The translations under genes and the position numbers were made by a program. Under the pieces are notes generated by a model. The model searched no databases. It worked only from the letters and a program-made list of their open reading frames with translations, and was not told the origin of the DNA. Source: Octopus sinensis (Eukaryota). From it: a DNA stretch of 64,000 bases. Positions within the stretch are counted from its first letter, which is position 1. The number at the start of each line of letters is the position of its first letter. Positions 12,905 through 26,195 of this stretch are shown in pieces. The stretch covers positions 13,702,001 to 13,766,000 of the forward strand of contig NC_043025.1 in assembly GCF_006345805.1 (NCBI RefSeq), given 5' to 3'.

Positions 12905-13090
12905 ATTGGCCTCGGCAGCGGGGTGGCTGGCTGGCGATTCCTGTTGTACTCTTTCGCCCCAACTTTCTCTCTCTTCCTGTTTCTTGGGTAACGCTGCGAT
13001 GGACTGGCGTCCCGTCCAGCTGGGGGGAACACATACGCCACAGAAACTGGGAAGCCGGGCCCATGAGCCTGGCTAGGCTTGAAAAGGGTG
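12905..13090 (+). mobile_element. Body of SINE family C (V-domain-like) nested in a family A copy
   Basis: gcgatggactggcgtcccgtccag resembles the V-SINE central domain as I recall it (GCGATGGACTGGCG.CCTGTCCAGG). Homologous to 29090-29358 on the minus strand. Confidence 0.55.
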
Positions 13091-13789
13091 ACACCTTGAC
13101 CAAGTGTCTTCCAATATAGCCTTACGCTGACCAAAGCCTTGTGAGGGGATTTGGTAGATGGAAACTGAAAGAAGCCCGTTGTATAAATATATATATTTGT
13201 GTGTCTGTGTTTGTCCCCGTAACTTAGCGGTTCAGCAAAAGCGGCTGATAGAATAAGTGACAGGCTTACAAAGACTAAGTGCTGGGGTAAAGGTGGTGCT
13301 CCAGCATGGCCACAGTCAAATGAGTGAAACAAGTGTCCTTTGTAGTAAGTGTAAACTAGGGATGTCTGCATAACGAGAGGGTTTTTATTTTCAAAGCCAC
13401 GGGGTAAAACTGCTTTCCGCAGTTAACAGGAATAAAATTCTGAGCAGACGTATCCGGTTTCAGCATTCAAAGGTTTAATGAGGATTTCATCAAGTGGAGA
13501 AAAAAATAAAAACAGTAAGAATTAACAGCAACTGGTGTCACTTAATTGTATATGTGTGGTTAGGTGAAAATGAGGTGTGGTCTAACGACAGGAAATCATT
13601 TTAAATGATCCACCGTGTCTAAAAGAAAAAAAAAATAACTGTTTTTATTTTTCTTGAGAAAGTCTTGCCTTGAGAGATTCTTGTAAACATCCACATCATC
13701 TATGGAAACTTATCTATGACACAACCTGAATTGTATAAAGCAGTGGCTCTCAACTATTTTTGAGAAGACCCAGCAAGCCAAATGAGACC

Positions 13790-14270
13790 ATAACCTCATG
13801 GCCTATGCCAGGGGCGCAACCAGCCCACTTATGCGTAACCTTTCCTTCATTGGACACTAAACTCTGCTTGTGAAGACCTGTTGAGGCAAGTGAAATCAAA
13901 ATCGAAATTTGATGACTGGCATCCATGCTAGCGAGGTGCAAAGAGCACCATACGAGTGTGATCGTTGACAGAGCGGCTAACCGGCTTCCGTGCCAGTAGC
14001 ACATAAAAGTCACCAGCATCACCTTACTGGCACTCGAGCCCCGTGCTAGTAGGGTGCCATGAGCACTATCCAAGGGTGATTGTTACCAGCATCGCCTTAC
14101 TGGCACGTGTAAAAAGATTCGAACGAGGTCGTTGCCAGTACTGCCTGACTGGCCCCCATGCTGGTGGCACGTAAAAAACACCCACTACACTCTCAGAGTG
14201 GTTGGTGTTAGGAAGGGCATCCAGCTGCAGAAACTCTGCCAGATCAAGATTGGAGCCTGGTGCAGCCATC
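13790..14270 (+). mobile_element. RTE-tail element (aggaagggcatccagc family)
   Basis: Repeated ggcacgtaaaa modules and cactacactctcagagtggttggtgttaggaagggcatccagctg. Confidence 0.7.
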
Positions 14271-14490
14271 CTTAAACAACCCTTATTCAGGGACCTTTTG
14301 AGCAGGATGGGTTACTCGACCAGAAGAAAATTCTAACTGGGCCCCACCTGCAAGGTCATGTGCTGTTTATCTTGATATGGGATCACCACGTCACACATAT
14401 ATGGTTGTGTCTGGTGTACCCTTATCAGACAGGTAGTCATTATGGGTATACTGGGCTTCCTATATTTAACCCCAGTGTCATACACTGCTC
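14270..14490 (-). mobile_element. Interspersed repeat E, inverted relative to 16912-17130
   Basis: cttaaacaacccttattcagggacc...ctgggccccacctgcaagg...gggtatactgggcttc. Confidence 0.75.
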
Positions 14491-16911
14491 TCTCACTCAA
14501 TAATAATAATCCTTTTTCCTAGGGCACAAGACCTAAAATTTTGGGCAGGGGGATAAGCTGATTACATTGACCCTGGTGTTCAACTAGTACTTATTTCATT
14601 GACCTCGGCAGCATTTGAACTCGGAACATAAAGATGGATAAAATGCCGCTAAGTACTTTGCCCGGCGTGCAAACTATTCTGCCAGCTCACCGGTTTAATA
14701 ATAATAACAATGGTTTCCTTCATTTGTCACCAGTACAATACAAAAAGAAAATAATAAAACCAAAAAATAAAAATGCCATTGTGAAATTGAGGCTAATAAG
14801 AATTCTCAAATTACAACGATGATGGCTACGATACTAACAGTGAAATAACAAGAACAACAAGAACGGAAGGTTCCTTCATTAGCTACAAGAGGGCACAAAT
14901 AATTTGCCAGCCATTCATTAATATCCAATGAGCAAAAAACAAAAAAGAAAGATAAAAATACAGGAAAAGAATAAAAAAAAAAAGCAACTTATGCTTCTAT
15001 TATAAATCTTTAATTTTTAATGCAACGCATTGTATCAGCAAACACATGAATTATTGACAAACTGCATAATAACAATAATAATAATGAATAAAAATAATAA
15101 TTATGATGACAATGACAAAACTATAATGATGGTATAGTGGTTTTCTATTTCGCTAGGCGCAACAGCAGCCCCTGTAGCAATGACAGCAGCACTAGCATTA
15201 GTAGTAGTACTAGCAGTAACACTACCACAACAATGGCTTCTGCTGCTGCTGCCACAACAGCATTTAATCATTAAAGACACAGTCTGTTGTTTTTCTAATT
15301 CATATACAGAAAATTTCCTACATAGTAGTAGTAGCAGTAGTAGTTGCTATTTAGCCCCCCCCCCCCCCAACGAGTTAGTTCTGATCGGAGACATTCCAGC
15401 CATGATCATCCAGTATGTCTTTTATGTGGTTTTGCTCTCGATGTCTACCCTGCACCGAATCCACCCTCCCTCTATGGCTACACCGGAAAAAAAAATGTGT
15501 CTTTTTCTGTAATTAAAAAGACGAAATGTTAAGGTGCAATAATGAGGACCAACACTAGGCTGCTATTTCTAGCGAACTTGAGTGACCATACAAAAGCAAC
15601 ACCACCAACACTTTTCAAAAACATGCTTGTATTGTAATGGAATGTTTCACTTGACCTTGTGTCAAGATTAACAACAACAACAATAATAATAATAACAACC
15701 CTTTGTACAAAAACGGGAGGATGAAAAACAAAAAATAATAACCTTTTCTACTGAAGGCACAAGGCCTGGTCGATTACATTGACCCCAGTACACAACTGGT
15801 ACTTAATTTAACAACACCAAAAGGATGAAAGACAAAGTGGACCCTGGTGGAATTTGAACTCAGAACATAGCGACAGGCAAAATACCTATTTCTTTACTAC
15901 CCACAAGGACAGACAAATGGATTAAGTCGATTATATCGACCCCAGTATGTAACTGGTACTTATTTAATCGCCCCTGAAAGAATGAAAGGCAAAGTTGACC
16001 TCACAATCACAAGGTTGTAAGTTCAATTCGCAAACCAGGCAGTGTGCTATGTTCTTGAGCAAGACACTTTATTTTCATGTTGCTCCAGCTAACTCAGCTG
16101 TAGGAATGAAATGCAATGTCACAGATGCCAAGCTGTATCGGCCCCTTTGCCTTGGACATCAGCGGAGGCTGGTATTCCAGAAACAACCCTGCACACACTT
16201 GTGCCTTGTATAGGAACTTTCTAGGTGCAATCCCATGGTCATTCATAACCAAAGAGGGTCTCTACCCTACCCTTTTACCACATGGACCATCACCAACAGA
16301 TTTGGTACCTTTTTTTTAATGAGGCTGGAGAGACTACAAAAGCTGCTCAAAAACACAGAACAAGGATCATTTCAAAGGTTCTCGACATCTAAGGAACTAA
16401 GTCCTGACTTGGTAACCCGGCCCTTAATTCCGAATGTAATACACCTGTCCATACAGTTAAATAGCAATAATCCTTTCCAACTTTGGCACAAGGCCAGCAA
16501 TATAAGGGGAAGGCAGTCAGTTGATTATACTGACCCCAGGGTTCAACTAGTGCTTAATTTATCGACCCTGAGAGAGTGAACCACAAAGCTGACCGTGGTT
16601 GGATTTGAACTAAGAATGCAAAGAACTGGTAAAAAGTGTTGCAAGTATTTTATCCAACAATCTAACATTTCTGCCAGCTCAACACTATAATAATAATGCC
16701 AGTACTGCCTAACCGTCCTCTGTGCAGGTGGCACGTAAAAAGCACCCACTACATTCTCAGAGCGGTTGGCGTTAGGAAGGGCATCCAGCTGTAGAAACTC
16801 TGCCAGATCAGATGGGATGTTGGGTGCAGCCTTCTGGTTCGCCAGCCCTCAGTCAAAATTGTTCAACCCATGCTAGTATAGAAAGCAGACGTTAAATGAT
16901 GATGGCCATCA

Positions 16912-17410
16912 AAGTGACACTAGGGTACAAATATATGAAGCCCAGTATACCCATCATGACTACCCGTCTGATAAGGGTACACCAGGCACATGCATCACAA
17001 CCATATGTGCACCACATGGTGATCCCATATCAGGATAAACAGCGCATGACCTTGCAGGTGGGGCCCAGTTAGAATTTTCTTCTGGTCGAGTAACCCATCC
17101 CACTCAAAAGGTCCCTGAATAAGGGTTGTTTAAGGTTGTTGAACGAACCACCCATGTTTCCAGAGGTGAATTATCCAAACCCCCAAAGAATCCCTTTCAA
17201 CACATGGCTATGATGCTCCCCCACTACTTCTGCTCGTGATCAGAGATGCATATATCGTCAGTCACTAAAGGACATGCTCAACTGGTTAAGGTCAAACAAC
17301 TGACAAGCAAATCTGTGGTATTGAGCAGAATATTTGCTGTAGCCCATCTTTTATACCAAGACAAAACAATGTACATGATAACACTTCCAATCAGAAGCCA
17401 CTGTCTGGTA
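16912..17410 (+). mobile_element. Interspersed repeat E, longer copy
   Basis: gaagcccagtatacccatcatgactacc...ggggcccagttagaattttcttctggtcgagtaaccc...aagggttgtttaagg. Confidence 0.7.
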
Positions 17411-17607
17411 CAGCATAATAATAATGATGATGATTTCAAATTTTTGCCACAAGGGCAGCAATCTTGGGGGAGGGGATAATTCGATTATATCAATCCCAGT
17501 ATTCAACTGGTACTTATTTTATTGACCTCAAAAGGATATGTTGACCATGGCGGAATTTGAACTCAGATCATAGCTATGGGTGAAATGCCGCAATAATAAT
17601 ACAGTTC

Positions 17608-17822
17608 TATATGGCGTTGTGGTTAAGAGCGCAGTCTGCTAACTCCAAGATTCCGAGCATTGACCTGAATACAAATAATAATAAATTACCTTAGGAATGA
17701 GAACCCAGGTTCGAAATTTCCCCCAAGACACCTGATGAAGGCTGGAGGGTATATCAGCTGAAATGTTGTGTTAACAACAAACAAGATGAGGACAAATATC
17801 CGTCGAATGTAAATAATGTACA
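17608..17822 (+). mobile_element. tRNA-headed short element with a Penelope/retrozyme-like hammerhead tail
   Basis: A-box-like TGGCGTTGTGGTTAAGAGCGC head with an eroded B box, an (AAT)n linker, then the hammerhead fold at 17727-17772. Confidence 0.55.
17727..17772 (+). ncRNA. Minimal type I hammerhead ribozyme motif (CpG-decayed copy)
   Basis: Helix I GACAC/GTGTT; core CTGATGA plus an extra A; helix II GGCTG/CAGCT with a 10-nt loop; GAAA; then T-G-T-T (an intact version would read CGTT, giving the palindrome AACGTT). Predicted cleavage after GUU at 17767. Confidence 0.7.
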
Positions 17823-18234
17823 TACTTCCCCATCACCATCATTGTTTAATGTCCACTTTCCATGCTAGCATGGGTTGGATGATTTGACTGAGGTCTGGCA
17901 AACCAGACTCCAATCTGGTCTGGCAGACTTTCTACAGCTGGATGCCCTTCCTAGCGTCAACCACTCTGAGAGTGTAGTGGGTGCTTTTATGTGCCACCAG
18001 CACAAGGGCCAGTCAAACGGTACTGGCAATAGCCATGCTCAGATGGTGCTTTTTATGTGCCACCTAAAAATCCCCTGTGTATTATACTCGAGGATTTACA
18101 GTACTTATTCTATCAGACCATTTTGCCGAACTGCTAAGTTTCAGGGACATAAACACACCAACATTGGTTGTCAAGCAATGGTGGAGGGACAAACACATAA
18201 ATATATATGATATTGGGCTCTCTTGTCATTAGAA

Positions 18235-18480
18235 CAACCACACAGATGATTTGTTTATAGAGGTTAAATGCTTGTGTAGACATAAGCTCACTCGCTCCAT
18301 CTGATCGATATCACGTGTACAGGGAGCAACTGGGTGGCACATGTCAGAGGTTGAAATGATTGCAAAGCAAAGTGAAATGAAGTGCTTTGCTCAAAAACAC
18401 AACATAACGCCCTGTCTGGGTATCGAACACACGATCTTGTAATCGTGAGTGTAACACCTTAACCACTAAGCCATGCGCCT
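18235..18480 (-). mobile_element. tRNA-headed SINE (family F)
   Basis: The reverse complement begins aggcgcatggcttagtggttaaggtg...gtgttcgatacccag (A and B boxes). Confidence 0.7.
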
Positions 18481-19534
18481 TTTTTCAGTTTCCGCCTACC
18501 AAATCCATTCGCAAGGCTTTGGTCGGCCCGAGGCTATAGTAGAAGAAAATTTGAACTCACAGTCTATAGATAGAAGTCTTGTACTATAGCCTATTATTTG
18601 TGTGGTAAGTAGCTTGTTTACCAACCACATGGTTCCGGGTTCAGTCCCACTGCATGGCACCTTGGGCAAGTGTCTTCTACTATAACCTCGGGCCGACCAA
18701 AGCCTTGTGATTGGATTTGGTAGACGGAAACTGAAAGAAGCCCATCATATCTACGTATATATATATATATATTTGTCGCCCCTAACATCACTTGACAATC
18801 AATGCCGGTGTGTTTACGTCCCAGTAACTTAGCAGTTTGGCAAAAAGGAACCAATAGAATAAGTACTAGGCTTACAAAGAATAAGTCCTAGGGTCAATTT
18901 GCTCGACTAAAATGCGGTGCTCCAGCATGGCCACAGTCAAATGACTGGAACAAGTAAAAGAGAGTATATATAGGTGCAGGTATGGCTGTGTGATAAGAAG
19001 CTTGTCCAAGGTGCCATGCAGTGGGACTGAACCCGGAACCATGTGGTTGGGAAGCAAGCTTCTTACCACACAGCCATGCCTGCGTTTAAGGTTTTTTTTT
19101 GTGGGGAGGGTGTTTCAGTCATTGGACTGTGACTAGGCTTTTGTGTACATATTTTATCAATCTCTATTTATCGAACTACTAAGTTACAGGAGATGAGGGT
19201 ACAGAGCCCGAAGAACAATACCAGATACTGGAGCAGAGTAAATAAACACACGCCATAATATACACTCACACACAGTGTGTGTGTGTATATACACAAAATA
19301 TATATATGATGCTTTTGCAATTTCTCTTCATACATTGTCAGCCAATGCATATAAATACAATATATACACCTTATTTGGATACATAAAACATATACACACA
19401 TTACATGTGAGTATGTGTGTGTATCAGACATCCTCTTTCTCTCTCTATGTGTATGTGGTTATCTGCATATAGACACACAGCAGATGTGAAAATGAGGACA
19501 TCAACAAACATATATATATATGTATGTATGTATG

Positions 19535-19652
19535 TATCTGTAAATGTAATATATGACAATTATTCGGTAGCCAAGATAAAACTCTGAGTTTCGGATACTG
19601 AGGAGTTTTATCATGGCTACCAAATAATTGTCATATATTAGATTTACAGATA
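19535..19652. repeat. 50-bp inverted repeat, 3 mismatches, 18-nt loop
   Basis: tatctgtaaatgtaatatatgacaattattcggtagccaagataaaactc versus gagttttatcatggctaccaaataattgtcatatattagatttacagata. Confidence 0.9.
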
Positions 19653-19849
19653 AATTCCTCTATTTTCATAATATCGAGGTCTCCTTCATTCTTTTGTTGT
19701 CTTACCATTTCCATCAATATATATATATATATACGCACACAGACAGACGTACATGTATATACTCGGCACTCTCGATACATAGATAGCATGGAGAATCACC
19801 CATTCATAGATGCAGACAAAATGCTTCTAAACTGAATGAGAAGAAGCTG

Positions 19850-20680
19850 TTACAACTACTACTACTGATGCTGCTGCTGCTGCCAGGAGGTCAATGAATC
19901 TATGAGAAACAACTAGAAGAGAGGATGGTGAGAGTGGCGGTGGTGGTTGAGGAGATGTCGATGAAGGTGGCGAAGACAGTGGTGGTGATATTGGGGGTAA
20001 TGTTGATGATGATTATGATGGTGTCGCTGGTGGCTTATGGTACCGATGATGATGATGGCAATTGGTTGTCATCCTGGTATTGACGATGATGACAGCAGCG
20101 ACTACGACGATGCTGTTACTGCTGATGATGATGATGATGCTGGCAGAGCTAACGATTATGATGGTGGTGGAGGCAGAAATCTCAGGCCAGCAGGTATATA
20201 ACAACATCAACAACAACAGCATGAACAAGGAAGCCATTGAATAAATGGCAAGAAACATCTCGAAGAATAAAGATGATGGCGGTGGCGACAAGGAGGACGG
20301 AGTTGGCAGGTAAATACACACACACATACATAAATATATACATACACACACACATATATATATATACATACACACACATATACACATATATATATACATA
20401 CACACACATATACACATATATATATAAATATATACATACACACATATATATATAAATATATACATACACACACATATATATATAAATATATACATACACA
20501 CACATATATATATATAAATATATACATACACACATATATACATACACACACATATACACATATATATATAAATATATACATACACACATAAACATATATA
20601 TGTATATACATACACACATAAACATATATATGTATATACATACACACATATATATGTATATACAAACACATATATGATAG
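19850..20680. repeat. Trinucleotide mosaic (GAT/GGT/AAC) followed by a compound (TA)(CA) microsatellite
   Basis: Direct inspection; + strand frames are interrupted by stops. Confidence 0.75.
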
Positions 20681-21139
20681 TGAGAAAGGAGAGGAGAGGG
20701 GTATTTCACAATTGCTTCAAGGAGAACAGTAAATATGGAAATATGAAGAAGAGAGAGAGAGAGAGAAGGAAACAGAGAGGGGGAGGGGGGCAAGTAATTT
20801 AAAATGCAGAAAATTCTCAACAAAAGAATTGTCTTAGGGTCGGAATAAAGAAAATGGTACAGACACAGTATACATACATATATATGTATGTATCCAAGTG
20901 TGTGTGTATATATATATATAACTCAGATATATATTCATTCAAAGAGAACAAGCCACTATATTACAAATATATATATATACACATGTTCTGCACAATTAAT
21001 TTAATAGTCATCATCATCATCAGGTGCCAGTTGAGATCTGGGTTCAATGTAGTCGAATTTACCCCAAAAACGATGGCCTTCTATCAACATATAAAATTAT
21101 CAATATTAATATATAATCAGTATTGTATCTATAATGTAA

Positions 21140-21560
21140 AAATATAATTATATGTGTGTATATATACATACATATATAATGTATATACACACACTTGTAT
21201 GTGTGTGTATATATACATACATATATAATGTATATACACACACTTGTATGTGTGTGTATATATATATACATACATATATAATGTATATACACACACTTGT
21301 ATGTGTGTGTGTATATATACATACATATATAATGTATATACACACACTTGTATGTGTGTGTATATATATACATACATATATAATGTATATACACACACTT
21401 GTATGTGTGTGTATATATACATACATATATAATGTATATACACACACTTGTATGTGTGTGTATATATACATACATATATAATGTATATACACACACTTGT
21501 ATGTGTGTGTGTATATATACATACATATATAATGTATATACACACATACATGGATGAATA
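21140..21560. repeat. Minisatellite, 49-53 bp unit, about 8 copies
   Basis: Unit tatatacatacatatataatgtatatacacacacttgtatgtgtgtg. The cttgtatg anchor recurs at 21194, 21243, 21296, 21347, 21398, 21447 and 21496. Confidence 0.92.
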
Positions 21561-22794
21561 TAAACATTTATACATATATTAAACACAGTCACATCATTTA
21601 TATAATATATACATGCTCACATACACATACATGTGTATAAACATATTTATACATCACACAGTACATATATTAAACACAATCCCGATAGATATATACACAT
21701 GTACAGAGGCATGCATATACACACACACATACCTTGCTCACTGGAATAGGAATCACGTGGGGGTGGGGTATGGAAGTGAGGGGGATCAACAGCAATGGAA
21801 GAAGGGTATTCACATAATTTATCACCTTCTTCCTAAATTGATAGAGAGAGATAGATAGACAGGTAGATAGAGAATAGGTACAGCGAAAGTGATAGACAGC
21901 AGATATGCATATATAGAGATAGCTTAATATGAAGTATATTTTATAGACTGACACACATAAATATGGATGTATAATATATATATGTGTGTGTGAGTGCATT
22001 CATGACAGAGCAGAACACGAGATGCCTGATAAAAATACTCCTGTTTCAGTTCTATACTCCATGAAATGTACTGAGTTCTTGCCTCATTTGGTCAATGTAT
22101 TCACAGGTGTACATAGACATATATACATACACACACACACATACATATATATTCACAGCTATACATAGATATATACATAAATAGAACACACACACACAAA
22201 GTGTATAAACAAGATATAATCAATTCATCATGGAGATTGTGTATATATTAAGTGAGTGTGTGTACAAGTCCATAAATATATATATGCATGTATGTGTATA
22301 TATATGTAAATGTGTTTGTATGTGTATATATATGTAAATGTGTTTGTATATATATATGTGTGTGTGCTAGTATGTATATAGTTAAGCATTTAATAATTCC
22401 CATTCACAACTGAGATTTATATACACACACACACACACAGAGAGGCACGTGCTTTATCTTTCAGACAACCATAATATTATACATACATTCATAAATATAT
22501 ATTATGCGCATAAATATATAACAGACAATATTATATACATTATGTATAATACATACAATATATATACATAAATATATATATATATATACATATTTATGTA
22601 TATATATGCACACACACACACATGTTGTATGGCATTTTAAATGAAAATTAGAAGAATGGAAAGAAACGGCTAAGGCATTGGGGGGGGGGGTCATTTTCAA
22701 GAATTCCATTTCAGCATTTTATCAGAAATATTTTTATATATAATTATTATTATTATTATTATTATCAATTTACATTAAAGTCACAAGCTTACCT

Positions 22795-23575
22795 CTTCTT
22801 GTTGTTATTTAGCCCAGGGTCAGTCCTAATCCAGCAGGCCTGTGTCCAAAATATCTTACTCCCATGACCATCCTGTCTTTTATTCAGACACAGTATACCT
22901 AAGACTACATCATCTAATGTGTCCTTCCCACTCTGGGTTTTTTTAGCCCCAGGTCAATCCTGATCCAGCAGACCTATGATCAAAGACGTTCCAGCTGTGA
23001 CCATCCTGTCTTTTATTCAGACATAATACACAGTATATCTAGGACTACATTATCCAATGTCTCCTTCCTCTGGTGTTGTTTAGCCCAGGGTCAACCCTGA
23101 TCCAGCAGAGTTATAGTCAAAATATTCTCGTTTTATGACCATCTTGTATTCCTAGATATACATAGGCTATCTAGGAATACATTATCCAATGTGTCCTTCT
23201 TCCTTGATGTTGTTTAGCCCTAGGTCAGTCCTGATCCAGTAGACCTATGATCAAAGATGTTCCAGCTGTGACCATCCTGTCTTTTATTCAGGCATAGTGT
23301 ATCTAGGACTACATTATCCAATGTGTCCTTCTTGTTGTTTAGCCCCAGGTCAGTCCTGATCCAGCAGGCCTATGATCAAAGATGTTCCAGCAATGACCAT
23401 CCTGTCTTTTATTCAGGCATAGTGTATCTAGGACTACATTATCTAATACATCCTCCCATGTCATTAAGCTGTAGGGCAGTCTTGATCCAGCAAGCCTATA
23501 ATTAAAGACGTTCCAGACATGACGATCCCATCTTACATTCAGACACGGTCTATCTTGGACTACATTATCTAATGT
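22795..23575. repeat. Diverged tandem array of a family D module, about 125-138 bp, about 6 copies
   Basis: Unit gttgtttagccccaggtcagtcctgatccagcagacctatgatcaaagatgttccagctgtgaccatcctgtcttttattcag...ctacattatccaatgtgtcc. Confidence 0.88.
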
Positions 23576-24394
23576 AACATTTCTTTTCTTAAAAAAGAAA
23601 GAGCAAGGTGTAATTTGAGAGTGACGCGAGTGCTATTTCTAGCAGGCCTGGCTGCCATGTAGAGGCAGATGTCTGCGAGGAATGCAGATAGGTGTGTGTT
23701 CAGAGTAATCTTGCTCCGTACTGGACTGACGTGACTTGGAGTGGAGTGAGAGTGAGAGGAGGGGGAGGAGGAGATAGGCATGAGTGGGAGTAAGAGTGAA
23801 TTAATATGAGCAGAAAGAGATGGTAGGAGAGAGAGAGAGAAACGGGGAGGGGGTGAACGGAGAGAGCTTGCAGAAGGTAAGGAGAGAGAAGAGTAATAGT
23901 GGAGATAGGTAGAGAGAGAGAGAGAGAAATACAATCAGGAGAGATAGTGTATGTGTCTGTGAGTGTGTATATATACACACACGTATACACATATAGAGAG
24001 AAAAGCAAAAAGAGAGACAGGTGTAGAGAAAGAAGTCGAGACAAAGAGAGAGAGAAACAAAATCAGGAGAGATAGTGTGTGTGTGTATGTGAGTGTGTAT
24101 ATATACACACATTTACATATATGTATATATACGGAGAAGAGCAAAAAGAGAGACAGAAGTAGGGAGAGAAACAAAATCAGGAGAGATAGTCTATATATAC
24201 ACACATATATATGTATGTATATATAGAGAGAAGAGCAAAAATAGAGACAGGTGTAGAGAAAGAAGTAGGGACAAAGAGAGACAGACAGACATATGCATAT
24301 ATAGATATATATATTAATATTTAGCAGAAGCAACAAAGTGACTCAAGGGCCAACAGTTTCGTGCATTGGCACTTTGTGTGTATATATATATATA

Positions 24395-24666
24395 TATCAC
24401 GTGACCGACCAGACCATCAGACGTTGTTACACATCGCTGGTCACAATGCACTTCGCATGACGCCACCCCGCTGGCTAAGCGAGCAGGCCAACAGAAGAAG
24501 GAGTACAGCAGGGATCACCACCCACCCACCCCCGCCCTGCCAGAGCCTCGTGGAGCTTTTAGGTGTTTTCGCTCAATAAACACTCACAACGCCCGGTCTG
24601 GGAATCGAAACCGTGATCCTACAACTGTGAGTCCGCTGCCCTAACCACTGGGCCATTGCGCCTCCA
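24395..24666 (-). mobile_element. tRNA-headed SINE (family C-related head)
   Basis: The reverse complement begins gtggaggcgcaatggcccagtggttagggcagcggactc...ggtttcgattcccagacc. Confidence 0.8.
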
Positions 24667-25844
24667 CATATACATAAGTAAATAGGTGTAAAACAATGGA
24701 CACAGTATATCTAAGGCTACATTATCTAACATGTCCTTCCCACTCTGGTGTTGTTTAGCCCCAGGTCAGTCCTGATCCAGCAGACCCTATGATCAAAGAC
24801 GTTCCAGCTGTGGCCACCCTGTCTTTTATTCAGACATAATACACAGTCTATCTAGGATTACATTATCTAATAAGTGTATGTGTAGTTCTCACTACATATA
24901 TATATATACATGTATGTATGTATATTTATGGAGAGAGAGAGGAGGAAGATATTGATAGTAGTATGTTTTTGTTTGGAATGAAACAAAGGAATGAGTGTGT
25001 GTGTGTATATATATTCATATATATACACATATGTGTGTATATACTTTTTAGTTGTTTCAGTCATGTGACTGTGACCATGCTGGAGCAGTGCCTTTCGTCG
25101 AGCAAATCAACCCCGGGACTTATTCTTTTGTAAGCCAAGTACTTATTCTATCGGTCTCTTTTGCCGAACCGCTAAGTTACGGGAACATAAACACACCAGC
25201 ATTGGTTGTCAAGCGATGTTGGGGGGGGACAAACACATATACATATATACGACAGGCTTCTTTCAGTTTCCATCTACCAAATCCACTCACAAGGCTTTGA
25301 TCGGCCCAAGACTATAGTAGAAGACATTTGCCCAAGGTGCCACGCAGTGGGATTGAACCCGGAACCATGTGGTTGGTAAGAAAGCTACTTGCCACACCAA
25401 CGCCTCAAGCAGAATCTATGAGCAAATACCTTCCAGCAATGACCATCCAGCCAGGTTTTTAGGGTGTTCTAAGACCCTTTTCTCTAAAAGGTCCTTCCAA
25501 TTTTTAAGACTGTTGAATATGATTCGAGACAGAATTGACTGCTGTTTCTAACAGGTCAAATGACAACATACTAACTCCCTCTTCACTGGTGGTGGAGTGA
25601 CTGACATTCCAGCTGTGACCATCCCATCATAACAGACTAAATCAAAGCTAATTAACTAAATTCAAAGACATTCCAGTTGCGACAACCCCATCTTCACAGA
25701 CCTGTGACCATCCCATTTTAGCAGGCCTATGAATAAGGACAATCCACCTGTGAGCATCCAATCTCAGTAGATCCTCCCCATCTTAACAGACCTAACAACA
25801 ACAATCCAGTTATGACCATCCAGTTTTAACAGGCTTATGAATAT

Positions 25845-26195
25845 AGGTGCAGGAGTGGCTGTGTGGTAAGTAGCTTGCTTACCAACCACATGGTTCCAAG
25901 TTCAATCCCACTGTCTGGCACGTGTCTTCTACAATAGTCTTGGGCCAAGGGGATTTGGTAGGCGGAAACTGAAAGAAGCTTGTCGTATATGTATGTGTTT
26001 GTCTCCGCTCCATTGCTTGACAACCAATGTTGGTGCGTTTACATCCCTGTAACTTACCGGTTTGGCAAAGGAGACTGACAGAATAATAAATACTAGGCTT
26101 ACAAAGAAAAAGTCCTGGAGTTGATTTGTTTGACTAAAAAGGCAGTGCTCCAGCATGGCCGCAGTCAAATGACTGAAACAGGTGAAAGAATAAAA
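25845..26195 (+). mobile_element. SINE family A copy
   Basis: ggtgcaggagtggctgtgtggtaagtagc ... aatgactgaaacagg. Confidence 0.85.
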
